Shown here one piece after another: positions 25,601 to 47,008 of a stretch of DNA of 64,000 nucleotides; position 1 is the first letter of the stretch; the number at the start of each line of letters is the position of its first letter. A program made the translations under genes and the position numbers. The DNA is from Chrysomallon squamiferum. Lineage: Eukaryota; Animalia; Mollusca. The stretch is taken from NCBI GenBank assembly GCA_012295275.1, contig CM022679.1, forward strand, positions 20,150,001 through 20,214,000. Direction: 5' to 3'. The notes under the pieces are model-generated. The model searched no databases. It had not been told where the DNA came from and worked only from the letters and a program-made list of their open reading frames with translations.

Positions 25601-28600
25601 TATAGCAGATGTGAGAAGGCAGTAGGAAAATCACAATGCAGTATGGTTTGATATCAAAGTACAACATTGTCCACATGCTTCACTACACAGATGTAAGGTG
25701 AACAAGTCCATACTGTTTACTTGTACAGATAAATACATTCAGTGAGGCACTTCAGTCAAAAGAATTTACTGCTGAGAACAATGAAACTAATCTAATTTCT
25801 CCTTTTGTATTGATATAAAAAAAAAAAAAAAAAAAAGAAAAAAAAACAAAACAAAAAAAAACAATTGTTTTCAAAAAGCAAGTAACTTGAATGACTAAGT
25901 TTTATAACTACTTCTGTTGTTGTTATATCAACAAAAAAACCTTCAAGGTTGTTTTATTTTTATTTTTATTTTTCATACAGTTCCTGAATACATATATTTA
26001 AGAAAAGAACTTGATAGGTATTTTTTGGCATTGAAGGAAACGATTATTTTTTATATTTAAAATCTTGAAATATCTCTGTCAATATAATGTTTGAAGCAGT
26101 ACAGACTGTAAAATGAAAATAGTTCAACAATGATATACACAAATTCAATGAACTTTTCTTTTTATAATATAAATTTGTGAAAACATTTATAACAAAATAC
26201 ACTTTTACTTATTAAAATTGTTTCTATTTAAAATTCATTTGAAAATTTAGCCACAGAGAATTAAGCATATATTTTATTTATAATTTTAAGAAAAGTGAAA
26301 GTAATTGTTTCACTTGAAGTCATACATCTGATAAAAAAGATGATTAGTATGATGTAATAGAAGTTACTCTTTCTGCTAATGAGTCACATAATGACTTTCA
26401 GATTTCTAACTCCTGTAGATGCAGTACTACTTCCCAGTCTGCATTCTTCAGCTGTAACTTGAGAACATAACCATACAAACATGTTTGCTACTCCTTACAT
26501 TTCTTTACTCCCCTGAGAACATTTGTTTCTTTCATTTTAAACAGATTTTTAAATAATACACTATTCATACATTATATTATGCATAGCCAGCCTTTTCTCT
26601 GTCAGGTTGGTAAGTACAAATGTCAGTTCTGGGAATAAAGATGAACCACTATGATTGTCAATAGTCAATATTTATATTGACGTAATGCAGTGGCTCATTA
26701 CTTGAAGACATCAACATATATATTAATTCATATTTTATAAGTATTCTGTATTTATAAAGTGAAATGGAAGTTAATTATAAATAATAAAACTGTAAACTAT
26801 CTTTTTTATTTTTATATAATTACAAGCAATACTAATAAATTATTGAAGGTTGGGATTTGGTGGGTGAGGGATTAAACTTGTTATTTTTTTTTCCCAGTGT
26901 AATAAATATTGTTCCATTATTATCTTTTAAAATTTAATAAAATGTTTTATGACTTCAAAAATTTGATTGTTTTATATTTTTTAAATCATGTGTGTGTGAT
27001 AAAAGACCAATTTTTAGAACTGAATTTTTGCCTTGGACATAATTAGTTAAATTATGCATTTGAAACATTACATGAGAACAAAAAACAACTACAGACGAAT
27101 AACAAAGAAACATTCATGACAAAAATCCATTGTCAAAGTCATTCATGAATGTGTTGAAAAGATTAAAAGATAGGATTATGTTATCACTGCAGTGATGGTG
27201 ATATAGCTGGAGTGTGTTCAACAAACACCTCTTTCTGTTCTGCTGCTGACATTAGCTGTCTGCTTTTAGCAAGTGTAGATGCTTGTGTTCTATTTAAAAA
27301 AAAAATTAAAAGTTCCACAAAAAACCCCAAAAAGAAATCTGTTCATTTCTAAAAGCATTTTAAAAAATAGTTTTTGGATTAATCTTACATTGTGAATTTG
27401 GAACAATGGAACAAGTAAAATTTAAAAAGTGCAGAAATTTTAAATTCTTTTACATCTATATTGGTGTACATGTATGTGTTACAGTATGTACATGACAGCT
27501 TCTAAACTAATACTGAATTTATGTGTACTATTACTTTTGTATATGTGTTTTTAATACATAACAGCAAGTGATATTATTAGATGACTGATGATGCATATAC
27601 ATTCCTTTATGTACATAAACTAGACAATGGTCACTGGTCCTAGTGGAAAATGATTCAAGGATAATTGAATCTATGACCTCTCATAGCATAAGCAGCACCA
27701 AAGAACAGCCCATTCTTTTAATGAGGATAAAAGATTCTTTATCTGTTGTATCGTAGAAGTATTTCTTTAATATAATTTGTTCTTGTGTAATTTTATTAAC
27801 CAGATGCAGGCAGAAGAAATGTCACTGATCCAGGTTTGATCAGCTGCTACATTTTCTAGGTTCCTGTGAAAAAAATAGACCACTGAGAGTTATAATGAAG
27901 ATACTTAAAGCTATTTATTTCAGGCATTATGACCCAGTTTCCTGCATTTATGTGAAATGGCAGTGATTCAAGTGATTTTCAAGCAGAGCTTAAAAAGTTT
28001 TCATAAACTGGTTGCATTAAAATTTCAGCATATTTTTAAAAATTTGTATCAACAATTTGATGTCAGTAGATTATGGAAAGTGACAGCATTCCAAGGCCTT
28101 ATGTATCATAATCATTAAAAAAGGTTGGTATATAATAATAAACTTTTTAAAATAGAAAAGGAGTCATTTGGAAGTATAGAAACATTGTTCTGGCAATGAA
28201 TAAAAAAAGCATCAACAATGTAAGGGCAAACAGAAAAATAATTGTGTTCTGGGTACAAACTTTCAGAGGGCATACAAAATAAACAATTGAAATTATCCAA
28301 TTTAATCTTGTCAATAATAAAATGATCCAGATTATCTTACCCACATAAAAAATCTATAAATGCATATTTAAATGTGTTTTTTTGTCTTAGATATAATGAT
28401 CATTATCTGTTTTAAAATTATTTCTGTGTTCTTTTTAATCTGTTTATGTGCACCTTTTAACATTTCATAAATCTAATTATATTACTCATCTGTCTAAAAG
28501 AAAACCCATAAAGCATGAACTAGAACAACAACAACAATAGTCATTCCATTGTACTGAAATGTTTAGGTGACTGTCAAAAATTTGACCTTTGTCAAATGAT

Positions 28601-31600
28601 TTATGATGTTAGCTTTGTGTTCTTTACTAATGTTCAAGCAGACAAATTGTATGTCACAGTGTTTTCAGTTTTAGTAGGAGCAAATTGCTATGTGTAAATA
28701 TTTTTCATCGGACAGGGGCAAATTATAGTTCACTTTGAAATTCAGGACCAAAGCATGATAGTTTGCTTTTGGATTAAACCTTCTTTATAAAATTTTGTTC
28801 AATATTCCTTACTAGCCTTTGATAAAAAAAAACAGAAAAAACCCCCAGAAAGATTTCTTGTTGCTATTAAAGAAGAATAAACTTTCATATATTCAAGGCC
28901 ATATTTACAGCATTACAAAGCAATACACTGGAATACATACAGAACCATGAACATTTTTATTTACAGCCACCCAGAGCACACATGGATTGCATGGACTCTT
29001 TGGCCCATGGGATCCTAGGATTACTGGCCAATGTGTCCATGCCTCAAGACATCCTTACATACATTAGAAGCAGGTTTCCTTTCTCAACTCTGGTTGTTAG
29101 CCATGTATTTGATACATTTAACTCTACACTGAAAATATTACGTATATGTCATTATATAAAACATTTATTTCTTCTTTTTCTTTAGGAAATGTACTAGCTG
29201 GTATATAATATTGTACTAAATAAGCATGCTGAGAACAAAATTTCTGGATTATATAACTTTTGTAAGTGCTGAAGTATTTTTCAGAACTTGTGTATCATCT
29301 TTATTTAATAACAGACATGGAAATCTGCTAATTAATTTTTAACTAACACAAATTATATTTCTTAATATTTTAAGAAATAAATTACTTTATACATTTCCTG
29401 TGTAAATTTATTCAGTGGTGTTTTTTAAAAACGTTTTTGTTTGTTTTTTTCCCCTGAGAACCATAATTAAAACATTTACCAGGTGTAACCATGACAACTG
29501 GTAAACAAACCAGATGTGAGATAACATGCAGGAACTGAAGGAAGTTTGTTATAGATAAAAAAAAAAACATTTAGAGATCTAAAAATATTATTTTCTTAAT
29601 ATAATTAGTCAGTACTGAGTGAAAACTAAATGTTATGACTTCATTTATTTTTAACTTAAAGGGTTGTCTGTGTGTATGTTACATAGATTAAGGTGAACTG
29701 ATGGATATGGAGAAGAAATGTTAACCAGTATAATTTAGTGTAAAATAAATCAGTGTTGTCAAGTTCAAATATTTCTGACAAGACAAACTAAAGCTATTTT
29801 GCATGACTTAAGATCCACATGATTCTCTTTTTAACCTCTAAAATCCATGTAAAGTTGTTCCTTTTGTTTAATGAAAATAAATTTAAACTAAAAAGTAAAC
29901 CTGTGTTAAAAAGTTTTATTTTGGTTTTAAATCTTTATTTTAATTGTTTTTTTTATATGTCTGTATTATACAGTTTAGAAATTAAATATAGTAGAAATTT
30001 CATTGATACTACACAAAATTTAAAGGGTTCATACTAAAAACATTAAAATCTTTTTTTTTATCTATGTGGTAATGATTCTATGTTTTTTTTTAAGGAAAAT
30101 AAACCAAATTTCAAACTACTTTACTTAGAAAATCACATTTGATAGATAAAGTTTTAAAATGAAGAAAGAAAATAATTATTTATATTTAACAAATGTGCTT
30201 GTGACATGATGTCTTGCAGGATTAAATCCTGACATTGCACAAATTATCATTCAAACCAGAACAACTTTATCAAATGTTGTAATGCAGTCCTGTGTGTTGA
30301 AAATACATTTAAACGATTCCTACTTAATGAAAACTAAAATATAACAGTATATTTTTAAGAACAGCTGTTAGAAATATCTAATGTCTTACAATGCTGTATC
30401 TAACAATAGCAAAACTGATCTGCAGAGCACTGTAGCAGATACTAAATTACTTTCCAACACAACAACTGTCTTTGAAAAAAATTAACTGGTTTTTTTTTCT
30501 GCTGTAATACCGTTTATACAGTATTTTGTTGTGTGATTATTAGTTTGTTTACTGGTTTTGGTACATGTTATATGTAATCTTAACAGCAACAAATCACAGT
30601 GACACATTGGACAACTCAAGTATTCAGTTGGAAGTAAAACATAAACCTCATATCAGTTGTGTTTGTATATGTGTATGTCTGTTTGTTTATGTGTGTGTGT
30701 GTGTGCAAATTCTTTGGGGTAATTATTTTTTGTTTATGTCAGGCTGTGACTTACCTACATTTTTTTATTTATATCCATATAAACTGTTGTTCAAACTAAT
30801 GTTTTATTCTTTTAATTTTAGGGTGATTCTTTGAAGTACTTTCTTGAGAACCTGGACAGGATTGGACAAAAGGTAAACTTGTTAAAAGAATTTAACTCAA
30901 GAAAATTCTGACAGATGTGATCTGATTATAAATATGGTGACTATCTGACAAACATAATTTAAGTTGATTCATAATAATAATCACATGATAATGTTGCAAA
31001 TATTTAATAAAGATACAAAATATTTTATGATTTAACTGATACAATAAATAATCATTTTTAATTTTTTTTTTTTATTTGCTGAATTTTAGAATTACATTCC
31101 TCTCAAGCTTGATATCCTTCATGCCAGGAGAGCAACAAAAGGCATCAATGAACACCAGATATACATCAAAGGAATCCCTTTCCTTTTTATTGATGTTGGA
31201 GGTCAGAGGTCACAACGTCAGAAGTGGTTTCAGTGCTTTGAAGGAATCACGTCCATCTTGTTTCTGGCATCTTCCAGTGAATTTGATCAGGTGCTAATGG
31301 AGGACCGCAAGACCAACAGACTGTGTGAATCCTGCAATATATTTGAAACGATCATCAACAATAAATCCTTTAGTAATGTGTCCATCATTCTCTTCCTGAA
31401 CAAAATGGACCTTTTGGAAGAAAAGGTCAAACACATAAGCATTAAAGATTATATGCCAGCTTTTACTGGTGACCCTCACAAGATCGAGGATGTGAAAGCC
31501 TTTCTGTTACAGTGCTTTGATTCACGTCGCAGAGAACGCACGAAACCGCTCTTCCACCATTTCACAACAGCCATTGACACAGAAAACATCAAACTTGTCT

Positions 31601-31659
31601 TTCAGGATGTGAAGGACACGATACTTCATGAAAATCTACGATCACTGATGCTTCAGTAA
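19089..31659 (+). CDS. GNA13: Heterotrimeric G protein alpha subunit, G12/13 class (concertina-like), 3 exons, 360 aa
   Basis: Exons 19089-19550, 30822-30872 and 31090-31659 join in frame. P-loop [22 protein letters not shown], switch [36 protein letters not shown], and the C-terminal LRSLMLQ typical of G12/13. It is probably a co-ortholog of vertebrate GNA12 and GNA13, so the symbol is nominal. Confidence 0.93.
22880..22965 (-). mobile_element. End fragment of a Tc1/mariner-pogo (Tc2-like) non-autonomous element in G-alpha intron 1
   Basis: The minus strand reads TA-CCGTATATACTTGTGTATAAGTCGA...GGGGGTCGACTTATACA. This is a TA-flanked CCGTA terminus with repeated CGACTTATAC motifs, which I recall as characteristic of Tc2/pogo-type MITE ends. 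The partner terminus was not clearly found. Confidence 0.55.
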
Positions 31660-32392
31660 CTATGGTCGGTGACTATTTTTGTACTGGACTATTATTTGTT
31701 TTCCCAAATGGCATTTTGTTATGTATTAAATTAAAAATTAACCTTTCAACACTGCATACTCTTGAAATGCCAATTTTTTTTTATGTTTGCTGTTGTGAAA
31801 AAAATAAACTAATGAAGTTATATTTTTGAAAACTTTGTTGGTTGGTGATAGTTATGAAAACCACAGATGCCGATATCAGTTATTATGCTGAACTACTGCA
31901 CAGTTATTTTTTAAAACATGGTCAGTAAGTCATGGCTGAACTAACCTCATTAGCAGTTGTTTCAACTGCAACAACAGAAACTTTTTACTTTTTGTAACAG
32001 TTCTCTCCAGTCCCACCTTTTTTTCATAGACATGGAAAAGTTTTACTAAAACAGCAAATGAAGTAATATATCTTAGATATTTTTAATGCACTGTAACAAG
32101 AAGACATCTTATGCTGCAACTCAAAAGGACTCGTGATGAAAATTATTACTGATAAATTTTAATGTTTTAATGATCTAAATATTTGTATTTAGATATCTTT
32201 TTCTTCTACATTTTTAAAATTCTTTTTTAAATTTAAAATTTTGAAGTTAGTATAAACTTTATTAACAATAACAAAAAATGTGCCTCTAGATATAAATATT
32301 ATGCTAATTTATAAAATTTATTATCATTACTTTATTCTTTTTACTATATATTATTGTTACTTCTTTTTTCTGATCTCAGCTGCAGGTCAGTT

Positions 32393-32394
<2 letters not shown>

Positions 32395-32435
<41 letters not shown>
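32395..32435. repeat. (CA)n microsatellite
   Basis: Directly visible, downstream of the G-alpha stop codon. Confidence 0.95.
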
Positions 32436-32436
<1 letters not shown>

Positions 32437-34866
32437 TTCATAAGAATAAATCTTTTGGAAACCTTTATTGTGTTTGATACATACAAGTTAATTAATACTT
32501 TTCAATTTGGATAAGGTTGTTGTTAGCAAAAAGCTTTGCTTATTTTCATAATTATTTTGAAAAGAAAAATGTTCTGTGTGTGAAATAGCATCCTTCAATA
32601 TTTATACCTTTTTAAAAAAGTTTTAAAAAGTCAAATTTCATAATAATTACGGTACATGTTTGTATACAGATTTTGTCAGGCAGTCTTTTGTGAAATTTAA
32701 CTTTAAAAAAAGAATTCTATCTAATTATGTCATTCTTTCAAATTTATATTTCTAAAAATATATTTTTGTAAAGGTAATTTATGATTGTTGTTTCATAAAA
32801 GGAAATTATACTTACTACAGTAAAATTTGTTTTAGAACAAATAAAAGCAATGCCATACAATATTTTCTAGATTAAGTTCTGAAATTTTAAAAATATGTTG
32901 TTTTCAAATTTGATACAAGACAAGAAATGTTTTCTGTCTGTTACTGCCTAATAAAAACCAAAATTGCTAAAATGTGAGCTTGTAAGAAAACCCTGCTAGA
33001 CAGCTTTTGTTAGATAAGACTGTCACTGTAGAACATGTAGATTATTTTAATAAAATCAGAAGCTGCAATTGAGTCCTTCAGTGCTAAGAATTTTTCTCAG
33101 GTTTCACATCCATGCACTTTTTAAAATGTCTTCTTTGGCAAGTTGGTCTAACTGTATTTTAAATGTGAAATTGCTGCTCATGTCTATTGTATATATCTAT
33201 ATGTAAATACATATTTTAAACAGAGACATTTTCTAATAAGAAATATTTCTTAAAATACTGTGAATATAAAGACCTGTTTTTCTTAGAAGCTAGATCCATA
33301 TGTTTGTAAATAGATGGATGAATGTGGATGCAGGAATGGGAGAGTAATGTGAATGAACTGTTCATTGTAAATGACATTCTCATATCATCAACTGTTTAAG
33401 GCTCAAATAATTTTGTGGAGAAACTGCTTTTTTTTTTGTTAGCCTTATTCTTATGTCTTATTTTTGTTTCTCACTTCATTTGCTCATTGGATGCTCTAGT
33501 TTACCAATATAGAACTTCAAATATCATTATAGTGGATTTTATCTCTTTTTTTTTTTAAATTTTATTATGTTTTCTACTAGTTTTTAAATTGAAGGAGACC
33601 CATTAAAAGATATTCTAACTTCAGGAGCTAAGTTTGTCTTGAACATTGTATGGTTATTGTTTTTATATATATCTTTAAAAAATAATTTAATAATATTTAC
33701 ATTTTCCAAAATATGAGCCAACAGAATAAATATTTAGCACCAATTCATATTATTATGTTATGTTTTTTATTTCTGAAGAAAATTATGAAATCATGATAAC
33801 CCATCAGTGATGAAAAAAAATTTCCTTGAGAAATTATGAATGTAAACATTTTATTTTAATTTTTTTTTTTTCTGCTAGGATTTTAAATCTGACAAAAAAG
33901 CAAGCAAATTTGCTTAAAATTATGTTTCTCTAATTCACAATCAGTTTTTTAATAGATAATTGTTTGCTTCAAATAGTTGATTATAGAAAACTACATTTTG
34001 TATTTATTGGCCTGAAAATGTTCTAAGCTTATCTAATATGTGACCCTGTTAATTAAACTTACTGTAGCCATTTTGTTTTGAATGTGCTAATAGCTGGCAT
34101 TATCCTGGAAAGGGACAAGTTGGCTGTAGAAGAAATGCTTATAGACAAAGATAAAACTGACAAGTCTCTAGTTGTCCCCTTGCTGCAGACTTGTTATATT
34201 GCTCAGCTCTTCAAAAGGCTTTGAGTAGGTCACTGTGTACACTCTGTGATCTTAGAAGTATCTTGTAATTCTCTCTTCACATTAATCTAATATCTACAAA
34301 TTAAAAAATAATTTTTTGTTGACTGGCTTGCTTAAGAGAAGGTGATGGCCACTTTGAAACAGTTTCACTGAAGAGAAAACTTAATAGTTTTGTATAATTC
34401 TAACTGGGATGACATTAAACAATTTATAAACAAAACTAATTTATTTTAGTTGTGATATTTAAACATGTTAACTATTTGGCTCCATATATTTTTTTCATTA
34501 TCTTGTATTTACTGTTTTTCATTTTCTTTCTTTGAAACATGTATGTATATATATATATCTTTTGACTGCTGCTGATTGTTTTGTGCAGAAATTAATTATA
34601 TTTAATTAAGATAATAACTTTATTAATCTTTTAGTTTTGTTTATTCATGTATGATATATATTCTATATATATCAAAATAATAATATTAACCAAAATAAAT
34701 AAATATGTACATTATATAGTGATACAGTTAAAGAATATCATTCAGTATATCATTATTTAAATAATGCTGGAAAAAAATCAATTGTATGACAAATTTAATT
34801 ATTTTAGAACTAGCTTTATTTATTTTAAAAATTTTAAGTTAGAATGTAGTCAGCTTCCATTATCAG

Positions 34867-34867
<1 letters not shown>

Positions 34868-34916
<49 letters not shown>
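34868..34916. repeat. (TAT)n microsatellite
   Basis: Directly visible trinucleotide run. Confidence 0.9.
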
Positions 34917-34917
<1 letters not shown>

Positions 34918-37900
34918 TTAGTTTAAGCCTGTCTTTTTATAACTGAAGGATTTCTTGATAATTTCTTTTATAAATATAAATCTCATACAACCATTACTGC
35001 TAATTGGTTATTAAAATGTTATTTTCCAGAAAAAGTCTTTACATTCACACACACCACAAAAACAAGAACAAACACATAATGTAATGATCTCTCAGTATAT
35101 TTTAATATTAATGCTTTTAAAAGATGTCAGTTATATAGTGATGTTTAGAAAGAAGAAACTTGCTACTACCACTTCATTGGCTACTGTTGTAAGATTAGCA
35201 GCAAAAGATCTTTCACATGCACAAAAACATGCACACCTACCCAGAGACAAAACATATATTTGATGTTTAGAACAACCAAAACATATCTTTGATAGAACAA
35301 CCATTAAGCACACACAGGCATAGGAAATGACCAGTTAACACTCTGGGAAGAACTTTTTATGCTTCAGGTTTGCTGGTCATATTTTTTTTTTCATTCACTT
35401 AGTGTGTGAAGTTAAAAATATGGTTAGGTAAACAGAGTCATCATGTCTGATCAATGATTTGTTTGTGTGTGTTTTTAGTACTTACTTTTCATAGTTAAGT
35501 GGGTTAGTTGAGAAAGATATCATGACTTACTGCAGTTTACCTACATCTCTGAACAACATCAAATAAAAAGAGAATAGACGTGGTGGTGCAGTTGAAATGA
35601 GATCTCACACATTACTTTTAAATCATAAAATGGTTGTGATGTAAACTGGGACTTTAGTTTTATGCTGCTGTATCCCAATTCATACTTCCGATCACCTTAA
35701 ACCTTTTTTTTTTTTTTTTTTTTGGTAAAGGGATTGTATAAAAAAAAAAGCTAAAGAAACGGAGGTGGAGACCTACTGAAACAAGCAGAAAGCATTTTGC
35801 TTACTGGGTTTATCATTAAAGTGTTTCCAAAACATTGTGCATTTCCTAATGCTCTTGTTCAGATAACTTTAAAAAATAGATAAATAAATAAATAAATAAA
35901 ATAATCAAAATCAACTGGCATTTACCATAAAGTTATAAATATAATTTAGCTCACAAATAGAAACACACAAACACACACACACACACACACACACATGTAT
36001 CATCTTCATTTTAAACAAAATCAAGTATATACAGCTTATTTTCATTACCATTTGTTCTGTAGATTATAAAACTCTTTTATTTATTGACTTATTTATTGAT
36101 AATTATTGGTCATCATATTGTAGGCACAGCTGTAATTATCTGTTAATTTATACAGTGATGGAAATGGGGACCATGCAGGTGGAGAGCATTCCCCTACCTT
36201 TTTGTTTTCAGTTTATATCCAATTATCTATATTAGTATGGAGTTGCAGACATTTATCAACTTCTAGTAATTAACTTGTTTATTTTCTGTAATTATACCTT
36301 CATAATACTCAGCTCTCATACAAAACAGTACAAAGTTATCAGAAATCAGAAACCCTATCTTTATTCATTTAATAACTTTATATGTGTATATGTAGTTATG
36401 ACTGGTCTGAATTAGGATAGGTACTAGATAATTTAATACTTTAAGTATTTTCTGTCCCTATTTTGGAACTCTATTACACGTATATGTAAACTTGAAATGT
36501 AGGCGGTATTATTAAAAAGGCTTATAGTGACTACTCACGTCCATTCCATTCACCTCACAGACCTTAGTTTAGCCCTAGTTCCTAAAACCCATTTCCAACT
36601 CTGAATGTGCACAGTGTCGGCAGAAACTCTACCAGCAAAATTTCTATCTAGTCGTTACAGAATTTTCTGTAGTTAGTATTGTAGATTATGTATTGTAATC
36701 ATTATCATCTAACATAAAATTTCTTTTAGTTATTGACTGTCCAACACTTTTTCTACCTAACATTTTAAAATCAAAAACATACAAAATATACTGATATTGC
36801 AGACAACTATTACCTGTTAACATATAAAATGAGACTTACTGAATTTTTTTGTTGCTATTTTTATTATCAGTTTTCTGTAGGTAATAATTATACTTTGTAG
36901 TCAACATTTATAATATATTATGCTGACCAGACATCAGAATTTCTCTCTAATATTTCACATCACTTACAGAGAAATATTTGGATAGTCATTATGCTCCAGG
37001 TAACAATTACCAGTCAGCATTAAGTATCTTCCTACTGGCTGACAACAGAATTTGTGTCTGATCCTTTACATCAGAAAACCGTCAGTTTATATTCTAATTT
37101 GTATCAAATATAGCAGAATTTTAATATAGTTATACTGATAAGAGGAATTGACAAAACATTTTTTTCAGTATTTTTTTGTAAAGCCAAGTATATTTAGCTT
37201 AGGTTTTATAGTTTCTCAGAATGGCACTTAATTATTAAAAATTGATTGTTTTTCATAATTTTAATAACTTTTATTTATCAACTGAAATTTATGAAAGTAC
37301 TTGTTAAATCAGTAGAAAAATTAAACTAAATCTATAAATATCCCATAAACCAAAATATTACCAATGTATGATGGTATACATTTTCACTTATACAACTATG
37401 TCATATTAAACCAGTTTCTTACATTATCAGTAGAATATTTTGTAATAGTATTAGTGATAATAATAATAATTATTATTTTAATGTTTAAAATGTTCTTCTT
37501 ATTAGTTTAAATTACAAGTTAAAATTCACTGATAACCAAAAATGTTCGAAAATAATTTAAAAACTATACAACTTGTACTAATTTTCAAAACCTAAATGTT
37601 TTCATGTTTTTATAATGGGCAATGCAAAAGAATCTGTAAATTCATTAAGTGTATAATTTGACAAATATGCCAATATTTTATATTAAGCTTTCTTAAGTCA
37701 AGATGTATGGCAAAAACACGTATCATTTATGTTCTATCATCTTTTGGTTAAAATAACTCCCAAGTTGCTCAAACTGAAAACAGTCCAACAATTGATTACT
37801 TAATTTATTGAACAAGCCTTACCTTAAAAAAAATGTATTTGTGAAATTGTTTCTATATATTATTGTTTTTGCTTGCATGGAAAAACAGCTTTTGTGCCAT

Positions 37901-38731
37901 ATTTTTTTTGTACAGCACAGACCTTTTTTCATTCTTGCTGTTAAACAAGGACAGATGTAGATTAGGTGTAGTTGTATAAACTTGTATACTATTTTTGTAT
38001 GTTATACAGTCATGGAATGACATAATAAAACATTCAACTTTTGAGAAAATAGTTGTTATTTATTATTACATGTCAAACATACAACTTCTGACATTAAGAA
38101 AATATATATAATTAAATAACAAATGGACAAATTTAACAAATGTAAACCCTATGGTGTTTTATACTAAATCAGTATTTTTATATCTTTGAAGACAAAGGTA
38201 GGTTTCTAAAGATCATAAATATTTATATATTCATTGCTGTATGTTAAGTAATGACATTAAACACTGATGTATCAAGATCAAAAAAGACTGATAGAAATTT
38301 TTTTTTTTACATAAATAATACAACAAAAGAAAAAGGTTTTATTCAAATTAATTTGTATAAATAACTACAAAAAGATTCACTTAATGAGATGAAACAACTG
38401 GAAGTGACAAATCACACAAGTCTTATAAAGTGTAATTACATCTAGTAACATATCTTAATTATTATCAACAAGTCTAAAAAGTAGAAAGCTGGAATAAAGC
38501 CATATTAAAAATGTGCTATCAAATACTGTTGCAGTGGTTTGAGCTTTCAGTTTAAATTTGCACTATTAACCATATTCAGATCTGTTTAAGCGATACTTTA
38601 TACAATTCACTCTTCCCTTTTGACAAGACAAATTCCTTCAGCAGTCTAAAGGTATATTCCATTGTCTGTGAAAAATATTCTACTGTTTTTGGATCAAACT
38701 GCCAATTTCTTGTAAATCAAGAAAACAGTTC

Positions 38732-46700
<7,969 letters not shown>

Positions 46701-47008
46701 TTTGTTTTATGTGTAATTTCCACCTTTACTGCCAGAGTTTGTTTAACATTATATTTTTCTTTTTAATTATAAAATGATTAATCTATAATTTAATAGCAGA
46801 AAAAGAAGAAATAAACTATTATTTTATTACTGGGCTTTAATTTAAAAATCAAGAATTAAAATAAAACAAACAGTTATATATATATATATATATATATATT
46901 TTGTTTTTTTAAAAGGTGAATGCTCAAATATATTATTGGAAAAGACGTACCGGAAATTAAAATGAATGCAGATTAGTAGCTAGACATGTGTTTATTAAAG
47001 GGAAAACA
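46701..47008. promoter_or_regulatory. Probable bidirectional promoter shared by KAT2 and CCDC137
   Basis: Only 308 bp separate the divergent ATGs (46700 on -, 47009 on +). An ETS-like CCGGAA lies at 46950-46955. Confidence 0.6.
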
